A program made the translations under genes and the position numbers. A stretch of DNA of 63,593 bases, filler included, from Licmophora abbreviata (taxonomy: Eukaryota): NCBI GenBank assembly GCA_900291995.1. It is 15 parts of 15 records of this genome, joined end to end, with 100 filler letters (N's around TTAATTAATTAA, not from the genome) between each part and the next. Parts side by side here need not be neighbours in the genome. Positions count along the whole stretch, not along the records: positions 1 to 2,476 come from OLMU01001563.1; positions 2,577 to 4,412 come from OLMU01001565.1; positions 4,513 to 7,319 come from OLMU01001566.1; positions 7,420 to 14,663 come from OLMU01001567.1; 11 more parts are not named here. One strand, 5' to 3'. Numbering within the stretch: position 1 is the first letter of the stretch; the number at the start of each line of letters is the position of its first letter. Shown one piece after another: positions 1-12,046 of this stretch. The notes beneath the pieces were generated by a model, which did not search any database, was not told the DNA's origin, and saw only the letters and a list, made by a program, of their open reading frames with translations.

Positions 1-642
1 GCCATTGTGACCGACCGACTTGAGATGAGGCGTCGACGTTGGACTGTCGTTGCTGCCACTGTCGAAGGGATCATAGCAATAGTCTTCTTTATTCCCTGCT
101 GCATTCACGTCTCGTCGGCCTCCACAACCCGGGACCATAGTGGAATGAGCGTTGTCGAAACAAAGAAGCCGACCTTGACAATCAGCATCGGAGTCACAAT
201 CCCCCTCACAGACACTAAGAGGAAACGCAGAAGAAGGCCTGCCATTATTACCTACACCTGGCTTCAGTTGGGGTGTCGGACTGGGAGCAGGCATACTCAT
301 GGAAGAGTCATCGGACGAATAAAATGAATTGAGAAATCTTTCTTCTTCCAACGCAGCCGACGCCTTATCCCAGACATGCTTATTGAAAGCGCGTCGACGC
401 TTCCTCGACAACGGCGTCTCGATGCTCAAATGGTCATCATCATCTTGATCGTCACTAAGGTCGCGTCCAGCATCCAACGCAAACTCAGAGAGGTAATCAT
501 GATCCACCGAAAACATGTTGCCGGTCGTCAACTCCTTGTCATTGTTGAACCCGACGATTTGACGGAACAGCCCATGGAGATCAAAAGCATCAGTGGCATG
601 AGCCGAAAGCAAGCACACGGATAATATCAACGCATCCCTCAT
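1..642 (-). CDS. Frustulin-family cell-wall protein (ACR domain), 3' end runs off the window
   Basis: Not in the ORF track; translated by hand from ATG 642, open to base 1. Signal peptide MRDALILSVCLLSAHATDAF, then RKRRR and ERFL..SMSMP, then LSVCEGDCDSDADCQGRLLCF...VPGC...DYCYDP, which matches the frustulin C-E/Q-G-D-C-D repeat. A second unit seems to start at the edge (LKSVGHNG vs LKPGVGNNG). Confidence 0.88.
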   Translation of the reverse strand, partial: MRDALILSVCLLSAHATDAFDLHGLFRQIVGFNNDKELTTGNMFSVDHDYLSEFALDAGRDLSDDQDDDDHLSIETPLSRKRRRAFNKHVWDKASAALEEERFLNSFYSSDDSSMSMPAPSPTPQLKPGVGNNGRPSSAFPLSVCEGDCDSDADCQGRLLCFDNAHSTMVPGCGGRRDVNAAGNKEDYCYDPFDSGSNDSPTSTPHLKSVGHNG

Positions 643-1573
643 GGTGGATTCATACACATACGTTCAATGGGTGGTCGAATGTGTGCAGTGACTTGCCAAA
701 TTTGTGATTCGCGTCTCTCAACGCACGGAAACGCAAAATTTCGAATATCATCCGGCCAGTCTTGGACGCAAGGAACTCAACGGTTGTAGACATTTGCAAT
801 TATGGCATGCGACATATGCTGCTACTGCAAGTGTGACTAAAATTGAGTCGGGACACGTTTTGAAGATTCTAGAGTGAAGAGAGGTGCATGGCGTAAAATG
901 CTTAGCGGCTGACAGCAAAAGGTCAAAAGCCATTGACAACCGCACCCTCTCACATATGCTTTCACTGTTTGTTCCATCAAAGAGAACTTGATGATGTGGA
1001 GTGATGAGTCTCCGATGCATGTGCTCGCACGACCGCCATCGTGAACCCGGCAGGACCACGAGCAGGGCAGGACTCAGTAATCAGGTAATCAGCAACGTAT
1101 GTACTATTGAAAATCCCGTCACACCCTGAATGCCTCTCCGTGGTTCTGTGCGCGCGTGTTGGTAATGCATTATAGTTGTACATGAAGACAAATAAATTTA
1201 TAGATTCAAATCGATATTCCATATGTAAATTTGTCGCACTCCAATTCAAATCGAGTGGAACCGGGAAAATCTGAAGCCAGTCGTCCCACAAGCACTTTTG
1301 CCCCATTTTCATGACTGAGATGCATGGGGAGTGAGCGTGTGTCCAAGCGTGTGTGTCGTTCGACTCCATCATCAAAATTTTGCCTTGCGTCCGTCTTCAT
1401 TACCACCCAACCAACAGCAGCAGAGGTGCAGACAGCCTGAGGCGAAACACCTTTTGATCCACGAGCGATAGCAGGAGTCTGTGTGCAAGAAGAGACAAGC
1501 CTGTTTGTAGCCGCGCTCCGATAGCTTTTCCCCTGAGACGCTGATTGTGCAATCAAAGATCCATCAAAACACC

Positions 1574-3382
1574 ATGAAGAGCTCCTGTCGGCGAAGTATC
1601 TTGCCCTTGTTGGCGTTACTCACATACCATTGTGATGCTTCTACACCTCTGCGTCGGAAACGTCAAGTCTTTACGGTCGACGAGAACACTGCAGCCGTGG
1701 CAGACCCGGATCGAAACGCCTTACTTCACGACACTGATCTTCTTGGCTTTGGTGTTTCCGATATGGAGATCGAACGTCTGTTGACAGACATGGAAAGCAT
1801 GAGTGCTAGTTTCAGTTTTTCTATGTCAATGTCCATGTCAATGGGTGGTGGTGGGCCTCGGCCTCCTTCCGGTGGTGGCGGACCGATGCCTCCTTCTGGG
1901 GGAGGCCCCCCGTCCGCTGGTCCTCCATCGGGTGGACCCCCATCCGTTGGTCCTCCATCGGCTGGCCCCCCTTCGGTCAGCCCCCGTCGATTGGTCCACC
2001 CTCTGTCAGCCCTCCATCGGTCGGTCCACCGTCGGCACCGTCAATGCCGACCGCGCCAACTCCCCTACCACCCACGATGCCGACTCCCGGAGACTGTCTC
2101 GTCGGAACGACTCGCGAAGCGTACTTGTTGAACCGCCTCAGTGCCGTGACAGATCCAGCGACACTGATGGATCCTACTACTGCCGCCGGCATGGCCTATG
2201 ACTGGATGGTGAACAGCGACACGACGGACCCCTGCGGCAGCAACGCGGACCAGCGCTTTGCGCTTTCGACCTTCTACTACTCGACCAATGGTGATGGATG
2301 GACAACCAGCACCGACTGGCTCTCCACAACGGAATCTGAGTGTGAATGGTTTGGAGTCATGTGCAGTGCCGATGGAGCCGTGACGGGTCTTGTTCTTGGT
2401 AAGTCGTAGTGCCCAGAGGTTGAGTGTCACTGATGTAGTGTGGGACGCGTGGAATCTCATGATGTGTCTCTATGCTNNNNNNNNNNNNNNNNNNNNNNNN
2501 NNNNNNNNNNNNNNNNNNNNTTAATTAATTAANNNNNNNNNNNNNNNNNNNNNNNNNNNNNNNNNNNNNNNNNNNNCTATCCCAGGCGAGATTGGAGCAC
2601 TTCAGTCAATGACAGAACTCCTTGCCGATAATAACAACCTTATTGGTTCTATTCCATCGGGGCTGTTCTCTATTGGTTCCTTGCAATTCTTGCTGTTGAG
2701 CTTCAACGCCTTAACTGGAATTGTCCCGGGGAACATTGGAACCCTTTCGAATATGCTTGATTTCCGTCTCAATAGCAACAGACTGTCTGGATCGATCGCT
2801 GCGGGTGTTGGCAACATGAATAATGTCGGTAAGTATTCGCGGAATATTCGAATATGCCGCGACCTGTCCGCACAACAACCCCTGCTCACCCGGAAATGTC
2901 TCCGTCATCTCATGCTTCCTGTGTTTGCAGAAACATTTCGTCTGAACGACAACATGCTCGCCGGTGTGCTCCCAGACGAATTTAGCGGCTGGTCTTCAGT
3001 CGAGTTCTTTGACGTGGGATCCAACGAGTTCTCCGGCCCTTTCCCGTCAAGTCTCTTTTCCAACCCCGCTGCACTCGAGATTCTCTACTTACGGTCCAAC
3101 CAATTCTCCGGAACACTTCCTTCCAATTATGACAATGCTCCAAATCTAAAAGACTTTTTCGTGAACGACAATAGGTTCAGTGGAACGATTCCTCCAATTG
3201 GCTCCGGCTCGCTGCTCCAGCTGAACGAGTTCCTATTGCAGGAGAACGATCTGACCGCTGCCATGCCCGACTCCGTGTGCAACTTGCGAAGTGCGGGCGT
3301 TCTCGAAGATCTTTGGTCGGACTGTGCGCCACCCGCCGAGGTGGACTGTGACTTTCCTGACTGCTGTACGCGTTGCTTCTAA
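1574..3382 (+). CDS. Secreted leucine-rich-repeat protein with Pro/Gly/Ser-rich linker (multi-exon, frameshift near 1983, gap 2477-2576)
   Basis: Signal peptide, RLL and SMSMSM, GPPS repeats, diatom LRR N-cap (QRFALSTFYYSTNGDGW...ECEWFGVMC), plant-type LRRs LxxNxLxGxIP, and a C-cap ending CDFPDCCTRCF. Introns start at gtaagt near 2399 and 2829. Confidence 0.85.
1852..2042 (+). repeat. Coding ~15-bp tandem repeat (G/S)PPS(A/V/G)
   Basis: Repeated ggt/ggc-cct-cca-tcg-like units encoding GPPSA GPPSG GPPSV SPPSI. Confidence 0.8.
2477..2576. other. Artificial 100-nt assembly spacer (first of 14)
   Basis: N44-TTAATTAATTAA-N44 (stops in all six frames). Identical spacers start at 4413, 7320, 14664, 19374, 22875, 30850, 32751, 39818, 41203, 42580, 45760, 53694 and 59518. 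Confidence 0.98.
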
Positions 3383-3640
3383 GCAGGCTTTTCTATTAGT
3401 TGGGGGATACGATGATTATTAGAGATCGATGCCCCCCGATTTGTTCAATGGCAGTCTGCATTCATCATATTACGACCGGGAATAAAATGTGATAAGTTCC
3501 CTCTCATGGTTATTAACATGTCTGCTTGACATCTGTGGAATTCGTCTGTTGTGTTGAGATTCAGTTCTGTAGATACATGGGATGGTTCAGCTTCTTTTTT
3601 TCATGCAACACCTTGTCAATTTACGTCCATCGCCTTCCGT

Positions 3641-4345
3641 TTACTGAAACGCCAGCTTCCAAAAGATGGAGAGCACAATACATTGCATCACACCCCGGAA
3701 AATATGTCCCTCAGGATAGGGAAATGGCGGAATGCCGCCTCCCATCTCCGCATCATGCGTCGCCATGTAAACGTTGGCCGGCGTGACAGACAGAGTAAGG
3801 AGTCCCACGAGTGCAGCCGGAAGTTGGACGGGAATGGGAGAAATACCAAGTCCAGATGTAATCAACATGAGTCCACCCCCAATTTCACAAATGCCCGACC
3901 ACGTGCTGTGATACTCGGCGTAGGATAAGCCCAGTCTTTCCGCTCCCGGTGCCGGAATCTGCCATAACCCACCCCACGTGCCGAGAGGCGGTACAATGTT
4001 CATAAAGGCTTCCTTCATGGTAAAATGAGACACGCCTGCTGCCAGAAATATAAGTCCCATGGGGACGGGCCATGTATAGTCGCGCCACAGAGCGAACCAG
4101 CCATCCGGAAGGAGGCGTTCGAGGCCCGTCAGGATACCTATCATCAAGGCAGTGCCAGCGACTATGGATGCAGAGAGGCCGGCGAACCACAGTTTCTGGG
4201 AGGTAGCATCCTTGGCGGAAATGAGAATGGAGGGATCGGGACGAGTAGTCATGGCCTCGTCACTGGTTTCGGAGAGGAATAGAGGCGTCGAAGAAGGGCA
4301 CGAGGGCTGATGTCGGAGCGGCGACGACGAGCTTTTCCAAGGCAT
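3641..4345 (-). CDS. DoxX-like integral membrane protein (possibly 5'-truncated by the gap)
   Basis: AGVSHF...IVPP...W...[10 protein letters not shown]...TPANVYM motif set and several TM helices; the frame stays open up to the gap at 4413. Confidence 0.7.
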   Translation of the reverse strand: MPWKSSSSPLRHQPSCPSSTPLFLSETSDEAMTTRPDPSILISAKDATSQKLWFAGLSASIVAGTALMIGILTGLERLLPDGWFALWRDYTWPVPMGLIFLAAGVSHFTMKEAFMNIVPPLGTWGGLWQIPAPGAERLGLSYAEYHSTWSGICEIGGGLMLITSGLGISPIPVQLPAALVGLLTLSVTPANVYMATHDAEMGGGIPPFPYPEGHIFRGVMQCIVLSIFWKLAFQ

Positions 4346-4609
4346 GGTGACCCATCGCTTGGGTTGTGTTTTCGACGTAAATAAAGCGAATTTCGATCCT
4401 CTTTTCAGAACCNNNNNNNNNNNNNNNNNNNNNNNNNNNNNNNNNNNNNNNNNNNNTTAATTAATTAANNNNNNNNNNNNNNNNNNNNNNNNNNNNNNNN
4501 NNNNNNNNNNNNCCTCCGATGATGGGTCCAGACTGCGCTGTGGGATCGTCGACAACGTATCATCATCATCGCTGCCGCTTCGTCGGTGTGTCCTTGGTTC
4601 TGACTAGCA

Positions 4610-5562
4610 ATGAGCATGTCGGCATTTCTTGTACGAGCGAGCTTCCTGGTGGTGTTAATTGTCTTTCCTAGCAATGGGTTCACCGTTGTTTCGAGTAGCC
4701 GTCGAAGGCCCGTCATCCAGGCCGATAGAGCGCGTCTTACTAGTGGAAGCGGACCATCGTCCTGTTCGACTTTCTCCCAAGACCGCATCGCATCCTCCTT
4801 TACTCGTTCTTCTTCTTGCTCTTCGAGATCGTGGACAACACAATTGTATGGAGGCAGTGGAGAGAGCGTCGTTGCCCGTATCTTGCGCCGAGTCATCGAG
4901 TGGTTCAAAGCAAGACTCTCCGGGCGGAGGAAACGGACGTCCGAGACAGCATTCCAAAACATTACATCGACGAGCACCACATCGTCAGCTATGAGACGTA
5001 TACAGTGATAGAAGCAGAAAAGTCACAGCCTGCTGGACCGCGATGGGCCATAGCAGCCAACACGACCGACCTCTCTGGAACGTGGAGGCCCATTGTCACT
5101 TCGGAGTTCAAAAAGACCTACGATGAATACCTGCAAAATTGCAGCCAGTCGGCCATATTTCGCAGACTGGTACTATCCACACTCAGGCTTACAGAAGATG
5201 AAATTCAACAAGACGGGCGTAATTTAACCATAACTGGAAAGAACCCAGCGGGCGCTTGGAAGCGAACACTGATAGCATCCGGTGCGGATCATGACACTGT
5301 GGACTACGAGCCGCTGGAGGTCAGAATCAAAGATCCTGACTCTGATCTGGTCCAAGTAGAAGCCTGGTGGGAACAGCAAGGAACGGTGCACAAGTCCGTC
5401 TTGAGAGGAAAGCCCCGTGTTCGAGGGGGAGAATTTGAAACGCTACGGTATTTGGAGAATGAAAATGTTCTGGTGACAGAGTCGCTCTTTCACCCCCCTC
5501 CCGAAGGATCGTCGTCGTTTCGACCAGGCTTTGTCAAGTGGAGGTTTCGGCGAATGTCATGA
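4610..5562 (+). CDS. Putative plastid-targeted protein with a calycin/FABP-like domain (frameshift near 4930)
   Basis: Signal peptide ending SNG-FTV and a Ser/Arg-rich transit region in one frame; DLSGTW...YDEYL...FRRL...EIQQDGRNLTIT in the overlapping frame. Confidence 0.55.
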
Positions 5563-5669
5563 AGTCCACCATGTGTGGTGAATACCTGGCTTTCGGTATG
5601 ATTGGTAGTTCTTTGACAGCGGGCTCCTCTACCGTGCATGTCCCCGAGAAGCCCCTGCCTCTACTACCG

Positions 5670-6374
5670 TTAGCTCGTTTTTGAATCCAGGCTCTTGTAC
5701 AGTAGAAAATGCGGTTTCTCTTCGGATTTCCTTCGCGTGCGCACTGTAGCAACTACCGTCCGTCCATCTCCGATGTAACCGCTCTCCTTGAAGAAGGCAA
5801 GTGCTGGCAAGTTGCTAGGCTCGACTTCCGCGTAGAGGACTGTTTCGTTCCAACCCTCGCTAGTACACAGCTCCTCACATCGACCCAGCAACAAGCTCCC
5901 GATCCCCTGTCCTCTGCACTTGGGATCAACAAGTAGGACTCCCACAGTAGAGCGACGCTCGCTCGATGTCACACCCATTTCCACCATGCCAACCACCGTA
6001 CCACGATGCTTGGCGACGAGCAAGGCGAACTTATTCCCACGCATGCGTTCGGCCTTTTGAACGTACTCCTCAAGAGTAGCTCTCTGTCGGTTCGTCTTTC
6101 GGAAGTTCCAATGCATCGATTCCCATAGTGATGACGATTCTGACTTGTTGTCGTTGGGTAGGTCGCTACTAGATTCATCGGCCTCGCTCCCGACTAGGAG
6201 GGCTGCCATTTGCCTCCATTCCTTGGTGGTGCGGGGAGGCTTGATTTCGACTGACAACGAGACGGAGCGAGGTGTCGACGAGAAGGCTGATGTACAAGAA
6301 GCAATGAGAATAACTAACAGGCAAACGATCATTACTTGACTCCGTAATGGCCGCTTGCGGCAGTCGACCATCAC
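5670..6374 (-). CDS. GNAT-family acetyltransferase, probably plastid-targeted
   Basis: Acetyl-CoA motif VDPKCRGQGIGSLLL and NLPALAFFKESGY; presequence ending CTSA-FSS. Confidence 0.85.
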   Translation of the reverse strand: MMVDCRKRPLRSQVMIVCLLVILIASCTSAFSSTPRSVSLSVEIKPPRTTKEWRQMAALLVGSEADESSSDLPNDNKSESSSLWESMHWNFRKTNRQRATLEEYVQKAERMRGNKFALLVAKHRGTVVGMVEMGVTSSERRSTVGVLLVDPKCRGQGIGSLLLGRCEELCTSEGWNETVLYAEVEPSNLPALAFFKESGYIGDGRTVVATVRTRRKSEEKPHFLLYKSLDSKTS

Positions 6375-6806
6375 AAGCAGAGGTCAGCAAGTCGGATTGA
6401 CTCGACTCGGCTCGTTGTCAAGCTGATTCGCCTTCAGTATTCGAGCACCGACGCAGCTCCTTGGAGCATCACTTCAAAGGAAGCTAGCAAGAATCTGCTT
6501 GTAGGGGCTTTGCAATGCAGCGGCGAACAAGGCGGCAACGTACACACAACATCATCGTCCGCGCCTCTCATTGCTGTGTTCGCGGTGATGATGTGTTATA
6601 CTTTCTCTGCCCACGAGCGGATACGAGCTATTTCGGACATTGCAATCGGAAATCGACGATCACGTCTAGTGCCAGAAGGTACAGTAACTTCGTCGCGGGG
6701 ATGAGGGGACTGCGGAAGAACCTGCTCCGAGAGCAAACATTCTCTAGATAGCTAACGTTGCTCTGGATTTCTCTGTCGGGTGGGCTATTCTCGCAATAGA
6801 ACGCTT

Positions 6807-8020
6807 TTATGATTCCTCTGATTCCTTTGTCTCGTCATTCGCTGCTTGTGCCGCAAGCTCCGCATCAAGTTTCTCCTTTTCTTCCTTCAAGTAAAACACT
6901 CTCTCTTCCAGGGCAACTTGGCCCGAAAAGTTCTGAACAATCCATCGAACAGGAAGCGGCTTTTCGTTTACCATCGTTCGAAGCCTCTCCTCGTCCACCG
7001 CGACACGGGGGTCCAACTGCAAACGCATGTGCAACAAGTCGATTTCCTCGGGTCCAATGTCATATGACTGATCAAAGTCACTCTGCAAGACTATTTCCAA
7101 GATATCTTGAAGTGTTTCCTTTTTGAGAATGTCCTGTGTTACAGTCAGTATTGAAGTAGGATGGATGAGCAAGCGAATGGCTTCCAAACACGATCACGGG
7201 ATGAGATGGCATCATACGTACATTCATTTCAGCTTGGATTTCGCCGTTCTCCTTTACTAAACTGACCAACTTCTCAACCGAGGTTCCTTGTTCTTTCGTG
7301 ATGACATCTAATTTCTCCTNNNNNNNNNNNNNNNNNNNNNNNNNNNNNNNNNNNNNNNNNNNNTTAATTAATTAANNNNNNNNNNNNNNNNNNNNNNNNN
7401 NNNNNNNNNNNNNNNNNNNGTTCTTTCGTGATGACATCTAATTTCTCCTCGCTTTCCTTCAAACTGCGAATACGAAAGCAATGAATCTCATGAATGAGGA
7501 TAAGCTTCCATCGTCAGGTAATTTGAGACAGCCAACGTACCGAGATACTTGAGTTTCCAGCTTGTTGATAGAAGACTCGAGTTTGTTGTTTTCAAGCTGT
7601 AACCTATTCACTTCCTTTCGCAGCATGTTTTGAACCTTTCGAAGAGCTGAGACATACGAGAGAAGGACAGAGTGTTAGTAGCAAATACCGGGATTGACTC
7701 ACGTTTTTACTATTTCCTTCCAATCTAAACTTACAGTCGGTATCCTGAAGATCCATCTGTCGCTTGATAACTACCGGTGCCACTAGACACGCAATGATTC
7801 CCGCGACAATCGTGACGGCACTCCCTTCAATCGCCATGGCAGCGACATTCAGTCCCAACGAGGCTCCGGCGACGCCTTGCCATAGTCTCGTCCAAAAGGA
7901 TCGTTCTCGGCGTTTTTTCCGTTTTGTGTCTTCATCTTCGTCTTCCTCCTCCAGCTTGAGGTCCTTGAGGGGCGAGTGTGCCGGAGGGGGTGGAGGCTTC
8001 GGTGTTTCGACGTCGACCAT
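6807..8020 (-). CDS. Hypothetical membrane protein: two TM helices, coiled coil, EF-hand-like loop (multi-exon, spans gap 7320-7419)
   Basis: Exon ORFs 7604-8062, 7078-7269 and 6807-7187 are joined by GT-AG introns; TM GVAGASLGLNVAAM / VTIVAGIIACLVAPVVI; loop DFDQSYDIGPEE. Confidence 0.6.
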
Positions 8021-8476
8021 GGTCAATCCAGTCTCAAGTCGTCTTGGATGAAGTGTCAACAAAGTGGTTCATGGTTTTTGTGGATCGCTATGTGGCGCGC
8101 GCGCGCTGTCGGATATTTTCAACCTGCAGCCTTTAATACTACGAGTGTCCGAACGGAAAAGAATTTTTATATCTATTGAGTTCTATATGTTCTTTATGCC
8201 TAAGAAAATATGGCGCGCCCAGTTTTCATTTTTGGCGCGCCCACCATGATGATGGAAGCCACCGTCGCTCCAACACACTCGTCCTTCTTCCTCTCATATT
8301 CAATATGCCCCCCTCTCTTCCCCAGTACTCCAAATGCTGTAGGTGCTACGTGGATATGGTGGTGATCTTTCCACTGATGAGAGGAGCAATGCTCTCATTT
8401 TCTGACAGCAGTAGCAAGGCGTGGTGGCAGCATCATCACGTTCATCGTCGCAGCACAGCGCCGTTGTCTCCTTGTC

Positions 8477-11400
8477 ATGTCCTTTCTCATTCGTAAAGGC
8501 GGTGGCGGTGGGCCTACCAGAGGTCCTCCTTCTCGCCTGGGAAGCAGCATGAGCTCGCAACGACGAAACGGCGGCAGCAGCAACACGACTGGCAAGATGG
8601 GTCGCTTTTCCACGTCGGAAGCGTCTCGCGGCGGCGGACGGATGCAACAGCAGCTGCAGCAGCATCGCCGTCCACAGCAAAAGCAACAAGAGAAGCACAA
8701 GGCGGCGCAAGGTGTCATTTCTATGGACGAAGGTAAGAAGCTCTGTCGCATGTCGTGATGAGTTCCACACCACGGCGCTGCGTGGGTCACACGTACGAAT
8801 CCTACGATAGGAAGATCTTTCGAACATGGGAGTGTTCTCGGTCCTACGGAGGCGATCTAAGAGATATGACCACACGCAGTCGCTCTCGAGAGCGCGTCTT
8901 GATCACAGAACTGACTAGCTCCTCACTGCTCTCGCCACAATGTAACTCTGCAGTCATGGCCGACCTCGAAGTCCTCGCCCAGCAGCAACGCGAATCGCAG
9001 CTAAAGCTCGAGCTCACCAAGACCACCAAGCAGCAGAAGCTTCAACAGCGCTCGACCTTGGAGAACAAGCTGGCGGATCTCAAGTATGCGGACGGCCAGA
9101 AACGAGCCCAGCTCTTGCGCGCTCGCAATGTCCTCAGTCGCAGCACGCGTGAGCTCGGGCGGTTCGTCTACTCGCAGGCCGTGCAGGAGACGACCTCAAG
9201 GCGTTTGACAAGCGCTTGAAACGTGCCTTCTTGTGCAATCGCAATCTTCAGGTATCACGCCGCAAGGTGGATTCCAATCTCATGGTACTACGTAGCAAGC
9301 TTTCCATTGCGAGTCGGCTCAAGGCAGAAGCCATCGACAAGGTCCGTGCGGTGCAGCGGGAGCGTGACGATGTCCGACAGGAGGAAGAGTCGCTGCGTCG
9401 GACCATTCAAGAACACATGCGCCATGCGAGTCAGCTTGTGGAAGAAACGACCAACACTCGCTCTGAAATATCGGTTCTCGAGCAAGGTCTGGCGGCTGCC
9501 CAACAAAACGAGTCGGCTGCCAAGCTTCGTCTGGAAGGTGTTGCGGTGGACATGGAGGCTGAGGACAAGCGTCACAAGGAAGCCATGGAGTCGATGCACA
9601 GCATTCTCAAGAAGTGTCACGACCAACAAGCCAAGGCGGACGAGCAGCGCAAGGCCACGCAAGGCGACTTCGAACGGAAGAAGGTGCATCTCGCAGAGCT
9701 CTGGAAGCGCTATGTCAAGTACCAGCAACATCAAGGGATGGAGGTCTCTCCCGAGCCGCCGCAAGATGGATCACCGCTGCCCGTACTCGACCTTGACAAT
9801 CTCCGTACAAAGCTTCGAACCGGCGAGACGGCCTGCAGAAAGAGCGCTCCGACCGCGACGGGCTGCGCAAGAAGGTGGAGAAGCAGAAAGAAGAGCTCGA
9901 TCGCCTCGAGTCGGAAACGGCTGCAGCCACGGAAGCTGCGACGAAGACTCGCTCAACCGCAATGGCCGCCAAAGAAGTCGAAATGACCCGTCGTGAAACG
10001 AGCGAGAAGATCTTACGCGCTTTCGAAAAGGAAAAGAGTGAGGTGCTTGAACTTCGACGTTCTGTTGCACAACTCATGGCTTCACGCGACCAGCAGCATC
10101 AGAGCATTGAGGAACGGTGCACGAACAAAGCCGAGGAAATCGAGAAGCTCAATGTCGAAGTCGAGGAAGAGAAAGACCGCATAGCTTCAGAAGAAAAGTC
10201 GATCTCCATCCTTCGCGCAGAAATGGAGCAGGATGCCATCGAGCATGCGGAACGGATTGCGTGTACCAAGAAGGCCGCCGCCGACGCCAAGGCTGCAGTG
10301 GAGGAGGGACGCGACGAACTGGGCATTCTGAAGAACCGTCTCTCGACGAAGATGACGATCGAGATGGAACACCACCGACGCACTCATAGCATGATGCTCG
10401 AGGACTCGCGCGACGACTTGATCCAACTGTTGACTGGTAAGTTTATACGATGGAGCCGCGACTGACATACGTCAAACCTACCAACGTTCCACAGCTCACT
10501 TGCGAACCTCTTTTATGTCTCCCGGCTCTACAGACTATCCAGAACTCGACGATGTAGAAATCGTCTACGATGCCACCCAAACTGCCGAGGAGCAGGCTCG
10601 CATAGTGCTTGCGTCTATTCGCGACGGTTGCGAGAAGCGTATCAAGGAAGCTCGCAAGAGACGCGATCGCCTTACACATCACATGGAGGACAAAAAACGA
10701 GTACGGAAGGCTGTGCAAGGCGAAGAGGGGCTGCAGACAGAGTCGAAGCGTGCGCGCAAGAGCCATGAACGAGGCGAGACGAAGAAAGGAGACTTGAAAA
10801 AGCGTAAAACCAGCACGCTGTCACAGCTGGGTGGCTCTGACGAAGAGGACGACGACCATCCCTTCTGGAATGACCAAGAGCCCGCAACACAGATGACACA
10901 AGCTTCACAGAAGAGCGTCCGATGGGAAGACAGCAATGCCGGCACCATCGCCGAGGAATCGAAGTCGGTAAAGCCTCATTCGCCACGTGTCGACCACCCA
11001 CAGAACACCAAACAAGCTCGGTCCAAGACGTACGGCCGTCGAGACCTCCAGACGACGGGCGGTCGTGCTCCATCGTCCAAGTCTAGTCGAAAGGAAGTTT
11101 CTTCAATTCTCAAGACTAAGGATCGCGCTCACAGATCTGGAAGCGAAGGCATGTCCTCCACGAACCAACGGTCCTCTGGCTCATCTGTCCCGAAGCGGTC
11201 TGCGGACAGGGCAGAATCTGCCGAAAGGACCAGTTCCAAGCGTCTCAAAACCGAACAAAGCAGCCGCAGCCAATCGAGTCGCTCTGACGGTTGCACAAAG
11301 GGGACCTCATCTCTCAAGCGCGGTGCCTCCGCTTCGAAACAGGTCGCGAAGAAGCCGTCGAACGAAGATAGAGGTAGCAGCAAACCGGCACATCGCAAGA

Positions 11401-11846
11401 TCGAGAGCAGTCAGAGTCGTTCCAAGACGGAAAGTTCAGAATCCGAACGCCGCAAGTCCTCGGGCAAGCCATCGTCCAGCTTATCTCGTTCGAAGGAAAA
11501 GCTGGAGACATCCGTGGCCGGTTCAAAGCCGTCTAGCTCGAAGACCACCACTGGTTCACGCAGTGATTCTGCCAAGTCGTCGTACTCGAGCGCGAAGAAA
11601 ACTTCGAGTAAGACGACCGTAGCCCTTCCGTTGTCGAAGCGCAACGATAGCCGTTCGAAGACGCCAAAGGTCTCTAAAAAGCCGTCTGGCCAGACCTCTG
11701 GGATCTCGTCGATGGAAGGAGCTACCAAGACCGTTCCGGGAGTGTCGCGTCATCGCCGCCGCAAGAAGAAGAACAGACAGGCTCCAAGCAAGCCGAAGAA
11801 TGGGTTTCACCTGGAAAGTGTTGAGGACTTCGACTTTCACTTCTGA
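8477..11846 (+). CDS. Large hypothetical coiled-coil protein with Lys/Ser-rich disordered C-terminus (introns ~8733-8953 and ~10437-10533; frameshifts ~9160 and ~9835)
   Basis: Consecutive heptad-rich ORFs can be joined; gtaag donors and cag acceptors restore frame; NLS-like RHRRRKKK. Confidence 0.6.
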
Positions 11847-12046
11847 AGTGATCACGCCTACTTGGAGACTGCCCATTGATCTGACTTGGCTCATGTGGGT
11901 ACGCCTATGACGACTATGAATCTATCGCGTGATTCCTACCCTTCATTGCTCCTTTGCGTATCTAGAGAATTGTTGTGTACAAGCCTATCTCGTACTGAAA
12001 GGACTTCTTGTAGTAAGTGATCAATTACGAGTGGCTCCAGCAGGAT

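Noticed and set aside
7..624. Plus-strand ORFs 7-327 and 376-624
   Set aside because: Antisense shadows of the minus-strand frustulin
748..1556. Minus-strand ORFs of 103-132 aa between the frustulin and LRR genes
   Set aside because: No recognisable motifs; most likely the divergent promoter region
2521..2532. TTAATTAATTAA palindrome repeated 14 times (possible att site or CRISPR-like repeat)
   Set aside because: Always centred in exactly 44+44 N; it is a synthetic six-frame stop linker
8477..11846. SMC, myosin or kinesin identity for the coiled-coil protein
   Set aside because: No Walker, hinge or motor motifs seen
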